Part shown: in pieces, positions 11,395-23,805 of the stretch
How positions within the stretch are numbered: position 1 is the first letter of the stretch
Layout of the letters: the number at the start of each line of letters is the position of its first letter
DNA from: Callorhinchus milii
Taxonomy: Eukaryota
NCBI RefSeq assembly: GCF_018977255.1
Contig: NW_024704742.1
Span: 8,000,001-8,064,000 of the forward strand
Length of the DNA stretch: 64,000 nucleotides
Direction of reading: 5' to 3'
Notes under the pieces: generated by a model
Seen by the model: the letters and a program-made list of their open reading frames with translations, nothing else
Databases searched by the model: none
What the model was told of the DNA's origin: nothing
Made by a program: the position numbers and the translations under genes

Positions 11395-12526
11395 TTGCAT
11401 CGATGCAGCACCCATCACATAGGGTAACATTTCAGAGAGCTTCACAGGGACACTGAGCAAAGGGGGAGAGGGGAGGGAGGAAGGGAGCTGGCCAGGTGCA
11501 TGTTCAGAGACGTAGGATTTAAGTTACCTCCGGCAACATCTCCAACAGCATTACAGTGACAGACAGACACTGAAGGTGTGATGTTCCGCCGAGGCTTAGC
11601 TTATAAACCTGCTTCATTTTAAAATTTAAAATCAGGAAAGAGTTGTGAAATAGTCTTCAATTTGACCTTAGTTTGGAATCAGTTGTAATTCTAATGCAGA
11701 TCTTAAACAGAACCCACTTCCAAATTAAGACTGAAATGAAGAATTTTACACAATTATGTGTGGATTTAAAATTTTAGCGCAAATGATTACGGGCTGAGAC
11801 TATAATCCATTGCCTGAGTGGAATTTTGAGGCTTTGAGTTCACAAACTAATCCATCGGGGAAGTCGTTTTTGTTTTTGCTGATTTTAAAATACAGCCTGA
11901 GTTTACGCCTATTCTCCTTCACCTCTTGTAAGGTTTTATTCCTTCATTTTTGCCAAAGATGTGGGATGATGTGTAATCTGGTTTTGCTGCCTTCTTTGAA
12001 CAGTGCGGTTTGGCAAACTCCCCTAAACTGCTGGGCAAATAAGCAGCGGGAACATACGTAGGACATTCCTTTCCAGGAATATCTTACGTATGTAGGATAC
12101 GTATGCTGTCAGGCCGGCCGGCATCTAAGAGATGGTGTTAATCAGCCCTGGGGTACAGATGTCAAGGTTCATTTTCTATCGTGGAGAAATATAACTTGCC
12201 AGAGTGCAATGCAAAACTGATGGCTAAATGGGCAGAGCTTTTGCTTGCTCGGCAGATCAAGCCTATTATTTAAGAGACCAGGTCACTTCTCCATCAAGTT
12301 ACTAAAGTCCAAAAGCCCTAATACCTCATGGTGGAAATTTTCCATTTCAAGCGAGGCCTGTTGTCAGTTTTCTCAGTCCACACGAATCAGTCATTTCGTG
12401 ATTTCCGTTTAGCAGTAAATGTACCCGCCTTGGCGGGATCGCCTTTATTTTCTTCCACCGGCCATTAGACATCCAAGGTCTGTAGATGTACTGACCAGGA
12501 GCAAATAAGATCCACTAGTTTGCAAG

Positions 12527-12840
12527 TTTAGCAATGATCAGTAACTAGGAGATATTTATTTAAGATAGCCACAAGAAGAGTGAGAGGGGAGCGTAGGAGA
12601 ATTTGCTCACTTGAAGAGTTCTTAGGATGTGGAATGCTCTGCCGAATAAGCTGGTAGAGGCCGAGGCCATTGTGGGTTTCAAGAGGGAAGTAAATAGATA
12701 CATGATGGTTAGAGGTTTGAAGAGGTACGGGAGATAAGTCAGGGCAGTAGGATTGAAAGTGCGGCTTGCTCTGAAAGCCAGCGCAGATTAGATGGGTCGA
12801 ATGGTGTAAATTTGTGGTGTAAATTTCTATAATTCTATAA
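12527..12840 (+). mobile_element. Diverged CR1 3' fragment
   Basis: TAACTAGG....TATTTATTTAAGAT...GGATGTGGAATGCTCTGCC...GGTAGAGGC...GATGGGTCGAATGG...TTCTATAATTCTAT. Confidence 0.7.
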
Positions 12841-14505
12841 TCAGTGACTTGTATTTCCATGTATGCAGGTTTCTGTGCAGAGGTTTTACATCAGGAAGTA
12901 GTGACTAAAAAAAAACAAGTGGTGTGGGACACCATGACTCAGGAGACATCACAGCTTCAGGTGAGTGGTTTGTTTTCTATAATCCTTCTCGAACCCAACA
13001 TCTCTCAAAGCCTGAAGCTACATCTCGTCTCAACCCATAAAACCATTTAATCTTACAAATTAAGATTGTGCAGATTTGTGGATTCTTTTTTAATTTAGCC
13101 ATCAATTGGAATCCATTTCGCACAGTTCTTAAGTAGGATTCCCCTTTTTCTAATCTTCCCCTGAAGGTTCTGACTCAGACTGGAGCACAATCTCATTGGC
13201 ACCCTCCTCTCATAGCGAGCAGGCCTCTCTGACAGGATTCTGGCGTTTCTGTTTGCGATTGATACCTTGGGAGCTTCTGCGCTGCCCCCACCATCTTGAA
13301 CGCTGAGTCAACAGGTGGGACATGGTGGTGAGTGCCCCCAAGCGTGGAATCAACCTGAGGGGGAAAAACTAGGAGCAGAGATTAGAAGTTTATCTGAAGA
13401 GCACAGGTAACAAGCTCTCTTCCTCAAATGTGCATCATCTTTCATTCAAGACCGTGTTGACACTGGCAGCAATTGAATCCCATCTGCGAGGCTCCTGAGC
13501 CCTCCTTGTTCATCCCTTTTTAATACCTTTCAAATCCCTTTCAATAAATATTATGATCACCTGCTTACTTTTAAGTATTCTTCTCTAATCTCTTTGCACC
13601 CTCAAGGACAATCTAATTGAATGCAGTTCCTTTCTGCACGATATCCATTTGTATGCAAATATTGTAAAAGTCTCACTTTATCCTCATTCGCTTCAGCATG
13701 TTTGTATGTTTCAATACTTTTGCTTTTGAGTCTTTTGCAGCGAATTCTGAATATGTAGAAGAAAAATATTTAAAATGGTTACTTATTGTACTCACGTGGC
13801 TGGCAACCAGTGCATTAAATTGTACTTGGATGGTTATTACATCAACATCAAAGTCCAATGATGTTTTTCAGCACACTTTGGAGGCTACAATTGGATGTTG
13901 GTTATTTTTTGCCCTATCTTAGTACCACGCTGATATTGCCAGAGCAAGGCTCCAAGGCTCTTGATAGTGCTATTAACACTAGAACATATGTTCTGATGCA
14001 GGTGGATCATGGTGGACCTTACTGAGGAAATGGCCTGAGATCTAATGAATAGTCACAGAAGCAGCAGAGGTCACCACCGGTGCAAAGGATTTTTTTTTCT
14101 CTCCAGCAGTTTAACCACCCAGAGACTTAATGTTACGGATTTGGGAATAAAAAGTCAACATCATGGAATACAAAGTCAAAGCTGGTGAACAAGCAAAAAT
14201 AACAGCAATCCTTACATTTGCTCGAGTTTCATGTTGGGTGGGGGGGTGTCCCAAACCATTTTACAGAATATATTGTGAAGTGTGTGGTTGTTTTATTAAG
14301 TGCGTGTTTTATTAACTCAACTTTATTAGACTTAATGCCAACAAATTGGATAAATTGCGAGGACATGGCATTAGGTAAATTATGGCACCCACATAAAGGG
14401 ATTCCCTTGGATTCCCCTCCAGATTTAACCCAGAGACCATCCACAAGCTTCCTATTTTCCTATTTGCAGGGGAGAGTGTAAATACACATTCCTATTTATC
14501 GCATC

Positions 14506-14804
14506 AGAACACTCGCCTCGCAAGCAAAAGGCCTAGGTTCGATTCCCAGCAGGGCAAAACCTTGGGCAAGTTTCCTTACTCCACATGCCTGATAATAATC
14601 CCTCAAGAAAAAAGTAAAATAAAATAATAATTTGGTCACTCAATCAATGACTGTTTGTGGGACACTGCTGTGAGCAATTGGCTGCCACGTTTCACCCACA
14701 AATATACACTCAATTTGCTTTACAGTATATTCTGTGAAGCGCTTTGAGACGACTAGAAGATGTGATAAGGCGCTATATCAAATGCAAGGATTATTATTAT
14801 TATT
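14506..14804 (+). mobile_element. Young SINE, short variant, 5'-clipped
   Basis: CACTCGCCTCGCAAGC...GGTTCGATTCCC...TTGGGCAAGTTTCCTTACTCCAC, followed by the tail and (ATT)n. Confidence 0.9.
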
Positions 14805-15026
14805 GTGCCTTTGGGATGACGCTATTCCAGGTAACTTGAGGGCACTGTACAGGAGCTCCAGCTTTCCCCAAATCCTCCTGAGGCCTGTTTTCTTCCGAGG
14901 TTGAGTGGGTGATTCTACGGAAGGATTTGAAAATGAGAATGAGGGTTCTAAATTCGATCCACTGGAGTATGGAGAGTCTGGTGCAGGGAAGGTCATGAGC
15001 TGTAGATTTCTGGATAGCGAGGATAT

Positions 15027-15130
15027 ATAATAATAATAATAATAATCCTTGAATTTGATATAGCGCCTTATCGTGTCTTCTAGACATCTCAAAGTGCTTC
15101 ACAGAATATAGTGTAAAGTGAATTGACTGT
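15027..15130 (-). mobile_element. Young SINE tail fragment
   Basis: (AAT)nCCTTGAATTTGATATAGCGCC...GTAAAGTGAATTGACTG. Confidence 0.85.
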
Positions 15131-15787
15131 ATTAGTGTAAACAAACTTTCCTGAAATGTGAATAGGTATTGCTGTTTCTTGAGCATCACATTACGTGAGC
15201 TGGAAACAGGCAGAACCAGTTAGCCTACAGCAGGACCTGGTGGACCTGACAATGGGGTAGAAACTTCATATTTATTTACATTACAGGGAGAAAAATCCAA
15301 TATGTGATAATTACCACATTCATAGAAATTGCCATCCAACCAGTCTTTAATTAATGCCTGGTTTAGGATGTGATAACCTCCCACTCCCCTCCCCTGCCCT
15401 GACTTCAGCACTTTGGCCCAAAGCCATTCAATGCCTAGAACAGCTGCCAATCTGAGTATTGCCACGTAGTAAAACTATGGTTTATTTTCCCTATATATAA
15501 AGAGGCACCCTGAAGGCAGTGTGATCTGTTATGGAAATATAAACTAGATATTTGCAATGCACAGTTGCTTGTTTTACTTTGCAAATCTCAGTTTGCATTA
15601 TTAGGATTAATGCTGAATCTCTTCTCTCAGTGATTGGGAATTATTTTATTTTTGAACAATGACTATGCTTCTTTGTATTTTAGAAGTTCTTTCTCTCCCA
15701 TTCTTAGATGACCTAAGTCCACACAGTGATAACTGGCAAGAGGAGGGCAGGTGATTTGTTTCTGGGGTTCTGATGTTATAATAATAT

Positions 15788-16144
15788 ACAATAATCCTTG
15801 CATTTGATATAGAATTTTATCACGTTTTCGAGACGTCTCAAAGAGCTTCACAGAATATACTGTAAACTGGATTGACTGTGTATTTTGTGGGCGAAATGGG
15901 GCAGCCAATTGCACACAGCAGAGTCCCACAAACATTTGAGTGATCAAATGATTATGTTTTCTTTTAAGGGATTATTACCCCCAGAAAGTAATTTGTCAAT
16001 CGACTAAACAAGCGGCTTCCTACTTACTGCTAGGTCACTAGAGGCATGTGGAGTAAGGAAACTTGCCTAAGGTTTTGTCCTGCCCAAGAATTGAACCTGG
16101 GTCCTCTTGCGAGGTGAGTGCTCCAACCAATATGCTACAAGACT
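15788..16144 (-). mobile_element. Young SINE, long variant
   Basis: Contains the tail, the body, the central CCTACTTACTGCTAGG segment and the tRNA head. Confidence 0.9.
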
Positions 16145-16404
16145 TGTTGCTATCAGAAATATGAGTGAGATGAACTGACCGGTGGGAATGTGGAATTTCG
16201 CGGCTGAAATCAGTTGTTGGGGACGGCAACCATGTGCACAAAAAAAGAATGGACATGTGATTAAAGAGGGAATAACTTTGAAGAATATGGGGAAGTGCCA
16301 GAATAGGGGACTAGGGATAGGATCTAGGATGGGCACTCGTGTGAAGTACAAACACCAGTTTGACTGTTTTTGAACTGTACCATCTATGAATCTACAAATC
16401 TTGC

Positions 16405-17045
16405 TACACAAACTGCAGACTATCTACAACTCTGTAGCCCAATTCCCGTTCTGCATCAGGCTCCACGAGCCTAGAATCTCCACGCTGGTCTGGCTCCACT
16501 GGCTCCCCAATCTCTCGCCTGGTGCCATCCCTCGGCAGATCAAGTTCAACATTCTTGTTCTCACCTTTATATCCCTCCACAGTCTTGCTCCACACCGGCT
16601 CTGTGACCTGCTTCATTCACACAGACCCGGACTCTACCTTCACTCAGTGAACATTGGCTTGCTTCATGTCCCCCCAGTCTATCTGCCCCATCATTGGCGG
16701 ACAGGCTTTCAGGCATTATGAATCTCCATCTCAGAGTCCTGACTCTTTCCCCACCTTCAAGGCCTGTCGCAAAACATACCTCTTTGACTGCACTTTTGGT
16801 CAACCATTTTGCCCACAAAATATGCAGTCAATTCACTTTACAGTATATTCTGTGATGCACTTTGAAACGTCTCGAAGATGTGATAAGGCGCTATATCAAA
16901 TGCAAGGATTTTTATTATTATCTCCTCTCCTCACCCACCTCAGCTCCCATCCCCAGCTTGGGTGCCCAGCCATTAGTGTGAATCACTTTGAGATATCCTC
17001 CCTACATGAAAGGTACTACACATAAATGCAAATTGTATTGTATTG
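16405..17045 (+). mobile_element. L2 3' fragment interrupted by a SINE tail (16806-16920)
   Basis: Encodes LHKLQTIYNS, LHWLP..QIKFNILVLTF and FKACRKTYLFD. The L2 tail resumes after 16920. Confidence 0.8.
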
Positions 17046-17067
17046 TGTATCTCTAGGCAAATGAGGC

Positions 17068-17552
17068 AACAACAACAACAACAAGATTCCATTTATAAAG
17101 CGCCTTTCACGTCAGGAGGACGTCCCAAGGCGCTGCACAGTTGGGTCATGACCCGAGCAGGGGGGAAATGGTCAGGGTGAGGGGAGGGAAGGGAGGGAGC
17201 GAGGAGGGGGAAATGGTCAGGGTAAGGGGAGGGAAGGGAGGGAGCGAGGAGGGGGAAGAGAGTCGAGAGGGGAGCTGAAGGCTCGGTCAAAGAGAAAGGT
17301 TTTGAGACCGGCCTTGAAGGAGGAAAGGGAGGAAGCAAGGCGAAGGCACTGGGGGATGGAGTTCCAGAGCCTGGGGGCTGAGAGGCTGAAGGCCGGCCAC
17401 CGATGGTAGGGCGGTTGGGGCGGGGGACGTGGAGCAGACCGGAGCCAGAGGAACGGAGGGTACGGGCAGGTAGGTAGGGGGATAGTAGGTCGGAGAGGTA
17501 GGAGGGAGCAAGGCCGTGAATGGCCTTGTAGGTGAGGATGAGGATCTTGAGG
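17068..17552 (-). mobile_element. Young L2 3' fragment
   Basis: Encodes KILILTYKAIHGLAPSYLSDLL, LWNSIPQ and FKAGLKTFLFDRAF; has a (CAA)n tail. Nearly identical to 39623-40437 and 41807-42173, with an internal ~47-bp tandem duplication near 17160-17250. Confidence 0.92.
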
Positions 17553-17579
17553 ATCTTGAAGCATCTTGGCAGCACAGCA

Positions 17580-18088
17580 ATGACTCACAAACAACCATGA
17601 ATGTCCAATTTTTATCTGGGGTATTTTTGGCCATAACACAGGGAGAATCTCCCTTCTCTTCTTGAGTAGTATCAATAATAATCCCTCCAAAACAAAAAAC
17701 AATAATAAATTGGTCATTTCAATCTACGACTGTTTGTGGGACATTGCTGTGCGCAATTGGCTGCCGCGTTCGCCCACAAATATACAGTCAATTCACTTTA
17801 CAGTGTATTCTGTGAAGCGCTTTGGGACGTCCTCCCGACGTGAAAAGCGCTATATCAAAATTCAAGGATTATTATTATTATTATTATTAATGGATCTTTA
17901 AGGTCCATCTAAATAGCCAGACAAAACCTAATTTTAACATCTCCTCTCTGGACAGCACCTTGGACAATGCAACACTCTCTCCAGCACTGACCTGGAGTGT
18001 TAGCCTAGGTTGTTAACTCAAAGTCATGATGTGATGCTTGAATCTGCAACCATCTGACTCAAAAGTGAGAGACTGAGCCAGGCTGACA
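17580..18088 (-). mobile_element. Old Deu-SINE split by a young SINE
   Basis: TTGGCCATAACACAGGGAGAATCTCCCTTCTCTTC | insertion | TGGATCTTTAAGGTCCATC...GGAGTGTTAGCCTAG...CCATCTGACTCA. Confidence 0.7.
17674..17890 (+). mobile_element. Young SINE, short variant, 3' part
   Basis: AATAATCCCTCCAAAAC...GGGACGTCCTCCCGACGTGAAAAGCGC...(ATT)n. Confidence 0.9.
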
Positions 18089-18189
18089 TTCCATCTCACA
18101 AATGGTAAGGGCCATATATATATATATATATACATATATGTATATACAATGCACGGTGGTTAAGGCCAGAACACTGCAGTAATTTAAGA

Positions 18190-18393
18190 AATAATCCCTC
18201 CAAAAAAAAATAACAATAATAATTTGGTCACTCAATCCACAACTGTTTGTGGGATACTACTGTGTTCAATTGGCTGCCATGTTTCGTCCACAAATATACA
18301 GTCAATCCACTTTACAGTATATCCTGCGAAGCGCTTTGAGACGTCTTGAAGACGTGATAAGGTGCTGTATCAAATGCAAGGATTATTATTATT
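18190..18393 (+). mobile_element. Young SINE 3' part
   Basis: Family body plus tail with (ATT)n. Confidence 0.9.
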
Positions 18394-18907
18394 GTGTCCT
18401 ACGTTGGGCTTGAACTCCCAATCTTCTGTCTCAGAGGTGAAAGTGCTATTAACTGGGCCAGGCTGAGACACAAATCGGGTTATGGGACTATTTGAACGTT
18501 TCAGCACAATCTTATTAATTTTGAGAGAAACTGAGTTTGGTCTTATCCTGTTAGTTGTAGAAATTAACATAAGAATATAATAAAACGTGCAGCTAATAAA
18601 GGGCTATTCAGCTTATCTTGCCTATTACGTCTACAAATTATTCACAATTTATCTAAGTGTGGTTGCCATCTGCCCCTCAACCTCCAGTGGGAACGTTTTG
18701 CATAAATACGCTATGATTTGTTTGATCTCCAGCCTCTTAATTTTTGATTTACGGGATTTTTTTTTTTGCATATTGCAAATTAGACATCCTCGTCACATCC
18801 ATTGCAGAGGTCACAGCAGGGTCTTTATTTGGAGGGAGGACCAACCCAGGCTAAAGATGGCCAGGCTGAATTTGGAGCAAAGTTCCAGAATTGTTCCTAA
18901 TTCCACA

Positions 18908-19300
18908 AAAACAACAACAGCACATTACACGTGTACAGTGCCTTTCACATCCAGAGGAAGTCCCGAGGCGCTGGACAGTCAAGGATTAGCACTCGAGCTG
19001 GTGTTTGGGATCAGGAGGGCAGAGGGCAGAGAGGTTAGGGGTGTGAGGATGACCGGAGGTGTGGGTCGAAGAGGAAGGTCTTAAGATGGACCTTGAAGGA
19101 GGCGGGGGGTGGGGGGGGGGTGGGATGGGGGGGCGGTGGTGGCGCGGGGTGAAGGGATGGTGGGGATGGAGTTCCAAAGGACGGAGGCAGAGAGGCTGAA
19201 GGCCCGACTAATGATGGTGGGGGAGACGGTGAAAGCCTTGCAGCAGAACAGAGTCTGCTGAGCGGAGGAAGCAGGCAGGCCAGCATGGGGTTAGCAGGTC
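18908..19300 (-). mobile_element. L2 3' fragment with G-rich expansion
   Basis: Encodes SFKVHLKTFLFD and has the L2 tail. G-tracts occupy about 19103-19170. Confidence 0.75.
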
Positions 19301-19437
19301 ATTTTTAGATCATTTTTAGATCAATTCGGATCATTTTTACTTTATGAAAAACTGTCACATTTTGAACAACATTTATATAGAGCCTTTCACATTGGGAGGA
19401 TGACTTGAAGCACTTCACACAGCTGAGTGTGACCCCA

Positions 19438-20440
19438 ACAACAGCAACAACAACAACAACAACAAAATTACATTTGTATAGTACCTTTCACATCGGGAGG
19501 ATGTCCCAAAGCACTGGACAATCAGTGATTCAGACCCGAGCTGGGGGTTGGGATTAGAGAGGTTGGTATTGGTCCTTCTGTGCTCTAAATTCCTATTAGA
19601 GGGTGGTGGACAGGGGGGATGAAGGGTGATCGAAGGCATGGTTGAAGAGTAAGGTCTTGAGATGGGTCTCAAAAGAAGCAAGAGAGGGGGCGAGGCAGAG
19701 GGACTGTGGGATGGAGTTCCAGAGGGTGGGGGCAGAGTGGCTGAAGGCCCGCCCGCCAATAGTGGGGTGAGCGAGGCGGGGGATATGAAGCAGACCAGAG
19801 CCCACTGAGCGAAGGGAGTGAGCAGGATGGTAGGGGGTTAGGAGGTCGCAGAGGTAGGGTGGATCAAGACCATGGAGGGCTTTGAAGGTGAGGACCAGGA
19901 TCTTGAACTGTGTCCTCTGTGATGGGAAGCCGGTGGAGTCAGGTGAAGATGGGGATGTTAGGGTTATGGAGCCTGCTGCGGGAGAGGACATGGGCTGCAG
20001 AGTTCTGGATGATCTGCGTCCTATGGAGGGAGGACTTGGGAAGACCGACAAGCAGGGAGTTTGCGTAGTTGAGCCTGGATGTTATGAATGTGTGTATGAG
20101 GGTTTCAGCGGCCTACGGTGTGAGACAATGGCGGAGCCAGGAGGTGTTGCGGAGGTGGGGGAAGGCAGAGCAGATCATGGCACAGATGTGGGGTAGAAAG
20201 AATAGTTGAGGGTCAAACAAGACCCCAAGGTTCTGGACTGGCTTAGTAAGGTGGAATGTGCAACCATGGATGGTAATGCTGTCAGCGCCTGAGGTGTGGA
20301 GACGCTGACGGGAGCCAATCAGGAGAGCTTCTGTCTTGTTGACGTTCAACTGAAGAAAATTAACTCCCATCCAGGACTTGATGTCTAACAGAGGGTGGAG
20401 GCAGAGAGATAATTTGGTGTCATCTGCATACATGTGGAAG
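19438..20440 (-). mobile_element. L2-clade LINE fragment (RT YADD region to 3' end)
   Basis: Encodes MYADDTKL, WMGVNFLQLNVNKTEALLIG, VQNLGVLFD, FKILVLTFKALHG and LKTLLFNHAF; has a (CAA)n tail. Confidence 0.92.
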
Positions 20441-21659
20441 TTGACCCATGCCTGCGGCCACCCAAGTTGACCCCATGTTTGCGGAGTGTGGGCGAATAGA
20501 AATGTAACTGAAAGTGTTGTTGAAAAAATAGGTCATAAGGTGGGTTTTGAAAGGTGGAGGGATTCCTGGATGGAGGTCTAGAGAGCAGGGATACAACGGA
20601 TCTGATATGATCATTATTACGTTGAATCTATTGCGAAACATCGCATTTTCCTTCCATTGTGTTAGCAGTGAAAAATACTAATAGTCCTTGGTTGTAAAGC
20701 TGTGGATAATGATTGTTCCCAGAGACTTCAATGACCCAGCTGGATAAGGAGGACTCAGTACAGTAATATACTGCAGACAGATGAAAAAATCTCTGTCTAA
20801 TGACTGTCAGAATTTGCAGCAAGTCTTATCCATTGGAAAGTTGCCAGAAAAGTAAATCAAATAAAATCAATCTTGAGACAAATGTTGGCACAAAAATTTG
20901 CATCCACCGGAGGCGATGACTCATTCAAAATCTTTTGGCCCAGTGCCCTGAAGTAAGGTTATTAAATATTTCAAGACTCTTGTATAAAAGAAAACAAAAT
21001 TTTATTTAGGAAGATTTTGGTTAAGTCTACTTAAGTCCACAGATAAATCCACCCCAGCCATTTTAACGGAGATCTACAGGCTTGAAGATGTTTGGGGATA
21101 AGGCAGAGCAGTGGGATGGAATGAACACTTTGCTCTGAGAACTAGGGCAGACTTGATGGGCCGAATGGGCTCCTTCTGTGCTCTAAATTCCAATGATTCT
21201 AAGCCCCAGCTCATTCAAAATGAATCCGCTTGCATCCTTACGCCTGACTCCTGCCTTTGACAGAGTCCACTGGCTCCATGTCTCCCAGCAGATTGACCAA
21301 CCTCCTCACTCTAACCTACAATAATATTAGCCCTGGCATTTGGTAAAACACCTTTCATATCGGGTGGACAGCTCAAAGAGCTTCACAGGATTTATAGTAA
21401 TGTTTTTAGTAATTCTGTATTTTGTGGTGGAATCCCCACTTCCATCGTCCTCATTTTCTGATCTTCTCAGATCTCACTGGTATGCTCATCCCCTTTGATC
21501 AGCAAAACTCCCAATCTTTGCCTCAGGTTTGATTCCAAACATTTTTCCTAATTTGAATCACTTAAAACGTACAAGTTCAGAAAATACAAGAGCGACTTAG
21601 GTGAAAAAGGCCATTTCTCCCATTACCCTTCCATCGTCCCATTACAGCATCAAGCTATT

Positions 21660-21835
21660 TAATAATAATAAAAATCCTTGCATTTGATATAGCGCCTCAT
21701 CACGTCTTTGAGACGTCTCAAAGTGCTTCGCAGAATGTACTGTAAAGTGAATTGACTGTATATTTTGGGCTAAACACAGCAGCCAATTATGCACAGCAGT
21801 CGTGGATTGAGTGACCAAATCATTATCATTATTTT
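21660..21835 (-). mobile_element. Young SINE 3' part
   Basis: The tail and body match the family. Confidence 0.85.
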
Positions 21836-21894
21836 TATTATTATTTTATTATTATTGTTTTTTGTTAAATTATTTTCATTATTTTGTGACATTG

Positions 21895-22360
21895 AAATCG
21901 TAGTCTAGACTGACACTCCGATAGTGTGTTGGGGGAGTTCTGCATTGTTGGTGATGCTGTCTTTCTGAAGAGACGTTAAACTGAGGTTCTGCCTACCTGT
22001 TTAAGTGGACAGAAGAGATCCCATGACACTATTTGAAAAGAGAAGGGAGTTACTCCCAGTGTCCTGGTCAACAAACCCCAAATAAAATTGTTCAATCACT
22101 TCAAGGCCATTTTTGGTTACATTCAGCCCTCTATGCTATGCTGTTTGAGGGCACTATATAACATGCCAGGTGTTGTTATTGGGATATTGTTGTGTAAAAA
22201 TTCAAATTGTTCTCCTATAAAATTCGCATTGGCTGCCGTGTTTCTCCCATAAAACCATATAATCAATCCACTTTACAGTATATCCTGTGCAGCACTTTGA
22301 GACGTCTCGAAGACTTGATGAGGCGCTATATCAAATGCAAGGATTGTTATTATTATTATT
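21895..22360 (+). mobile_element. Old Deu-SINE body followed by a young-type SINE tail
   Basis: GACGTTAAACTGAGG...GATCCCATGACACTATTTGAAAAGAGAAGGGAGTT..CCAGTGTCCTGGTCAAC; the tail is at 22230-22360. Confidence 0.75.
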
Positions 22361-23805
22361 TCTAATGCATAGAGAGGGGGAATGAGGGAGTGAGGGAGGA
22401 AAAAAATAGGAGAAATAAGAATAGGAAGAAGGAGTAAGGGATGATAGGACAAGGGGAAATATCCCAAAGATTCTGGAGATATTAAAGCTTAATTTTATTT
22501 TAAAAAGGTTGGAAAAGATAGAACATAATGATATCGTAAAATATATTTAAAAATAACAGAGAAAGAATATAATGGAAAAACAGAAGAGAAAGAAGTTAGT
22601 CAGCAGGAACATGAGTAGTCAAAATGTTTATCCTTCTTTCCTACAAAATACAGAGTCACTACATTTTCCAGTAAATCCTGTGAAGCGCTTTGAGGGACTT
22701 CGTGAAGTGAAAGTCGCTGGGTGGGTCAAATGCAAGGTTAACTACTATTATTACTTGTTCATGAAGTGCTATTGATATCTAGATGTGAGCAGTGCAATGT
22801 CTCATAACAGATCTGATGTGATAATTCATCTTGAATCTATTATGAAGCAATGCATTTTCACCTTCTTGTTTATTCACATTTTAATCATGTTTCTTAAAAA
22901 TACAGTTGGAAAAAATTGCTTCCATCAGCAAGACAAGATTCCAGGAACGAGCTCTCTTTGATGTTCAGATCTGATTGTGTGTCAGAATCACAAGCTGCAG
23001 GAAATTGCTTGTTAAACGTCAAACCAAAATAGCAATTGTTCAGAGTTATTCATTAATATCAGAGTTTAAAGTGCGATACTATCTCAACCGTATCATCAGT
23101 GCTTTCATTTTTTTTATTAACCATGAGATATTGAACAAAAGAGCTTTGGCCTTTAAACCGTTTCTGGAACGTGCAATGAAAGAAATATTCCTACCAATAT
23201 TCATCATCACGTCAGTTCTGTTCTGAAATAAAAAGGAGGAAGTGAAGAAGTGATCAAAAAAAAAGTACCACAACATTGGATTTGAATCATGGCGGGTTGA
23301 TCAACCAAACACCATGTCTTTATATATTCTTGTGGTGAGACTCAGGTGAGGCTCAGTGGTTAAACCAGTTCAACCAAGGAAACGCACATTGTATTAAATC
23401 ACTTCACGGTACGAGGTTCGGATCTTCGGAACATCCTCCTGACGTGAAAGACGCTATACAAATGCAAGCTGTTGTTGTTGAAACCCAGTCAGTTCATAGT
23501 GGCCACATTGTCCCTTCTTTTCCTGTCTCTTTAGTCTCTCCTAATCCTAGTAACACTAACCCTTCCTATCGAAAATTGGCTTATGTTATAATAAAGTACA
23601 AAATCACAATATATGTTCAAGTTTATATAGTCCCTTTCACGTCGGGAGGATGTCACATAGCACTTAATAACAACCATTTTATTTTGGAGAGATTTAGCAC
23701 ACTCTAGTTTATTACGTGTTTCCCAATAATTAATATGCTTCAGGCTGTGTCCCTAATACCTAAGATAAGTGGTTCAAACTAAACCTCCACGCTTAAGACT
23801 ATCCA

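Noticed and set aside
13796..13900. Minus-strand coding exon ending at GTGAGTAC
   Set aside because: All three frames hit stops within about 100 nt upstream, and there is no convincing acceptor.
19299..19340. 11-bp tandem repeat GATCATTTTTA
   Set aside because: It is a trivial local slippage duplication at an L2 truncation point.
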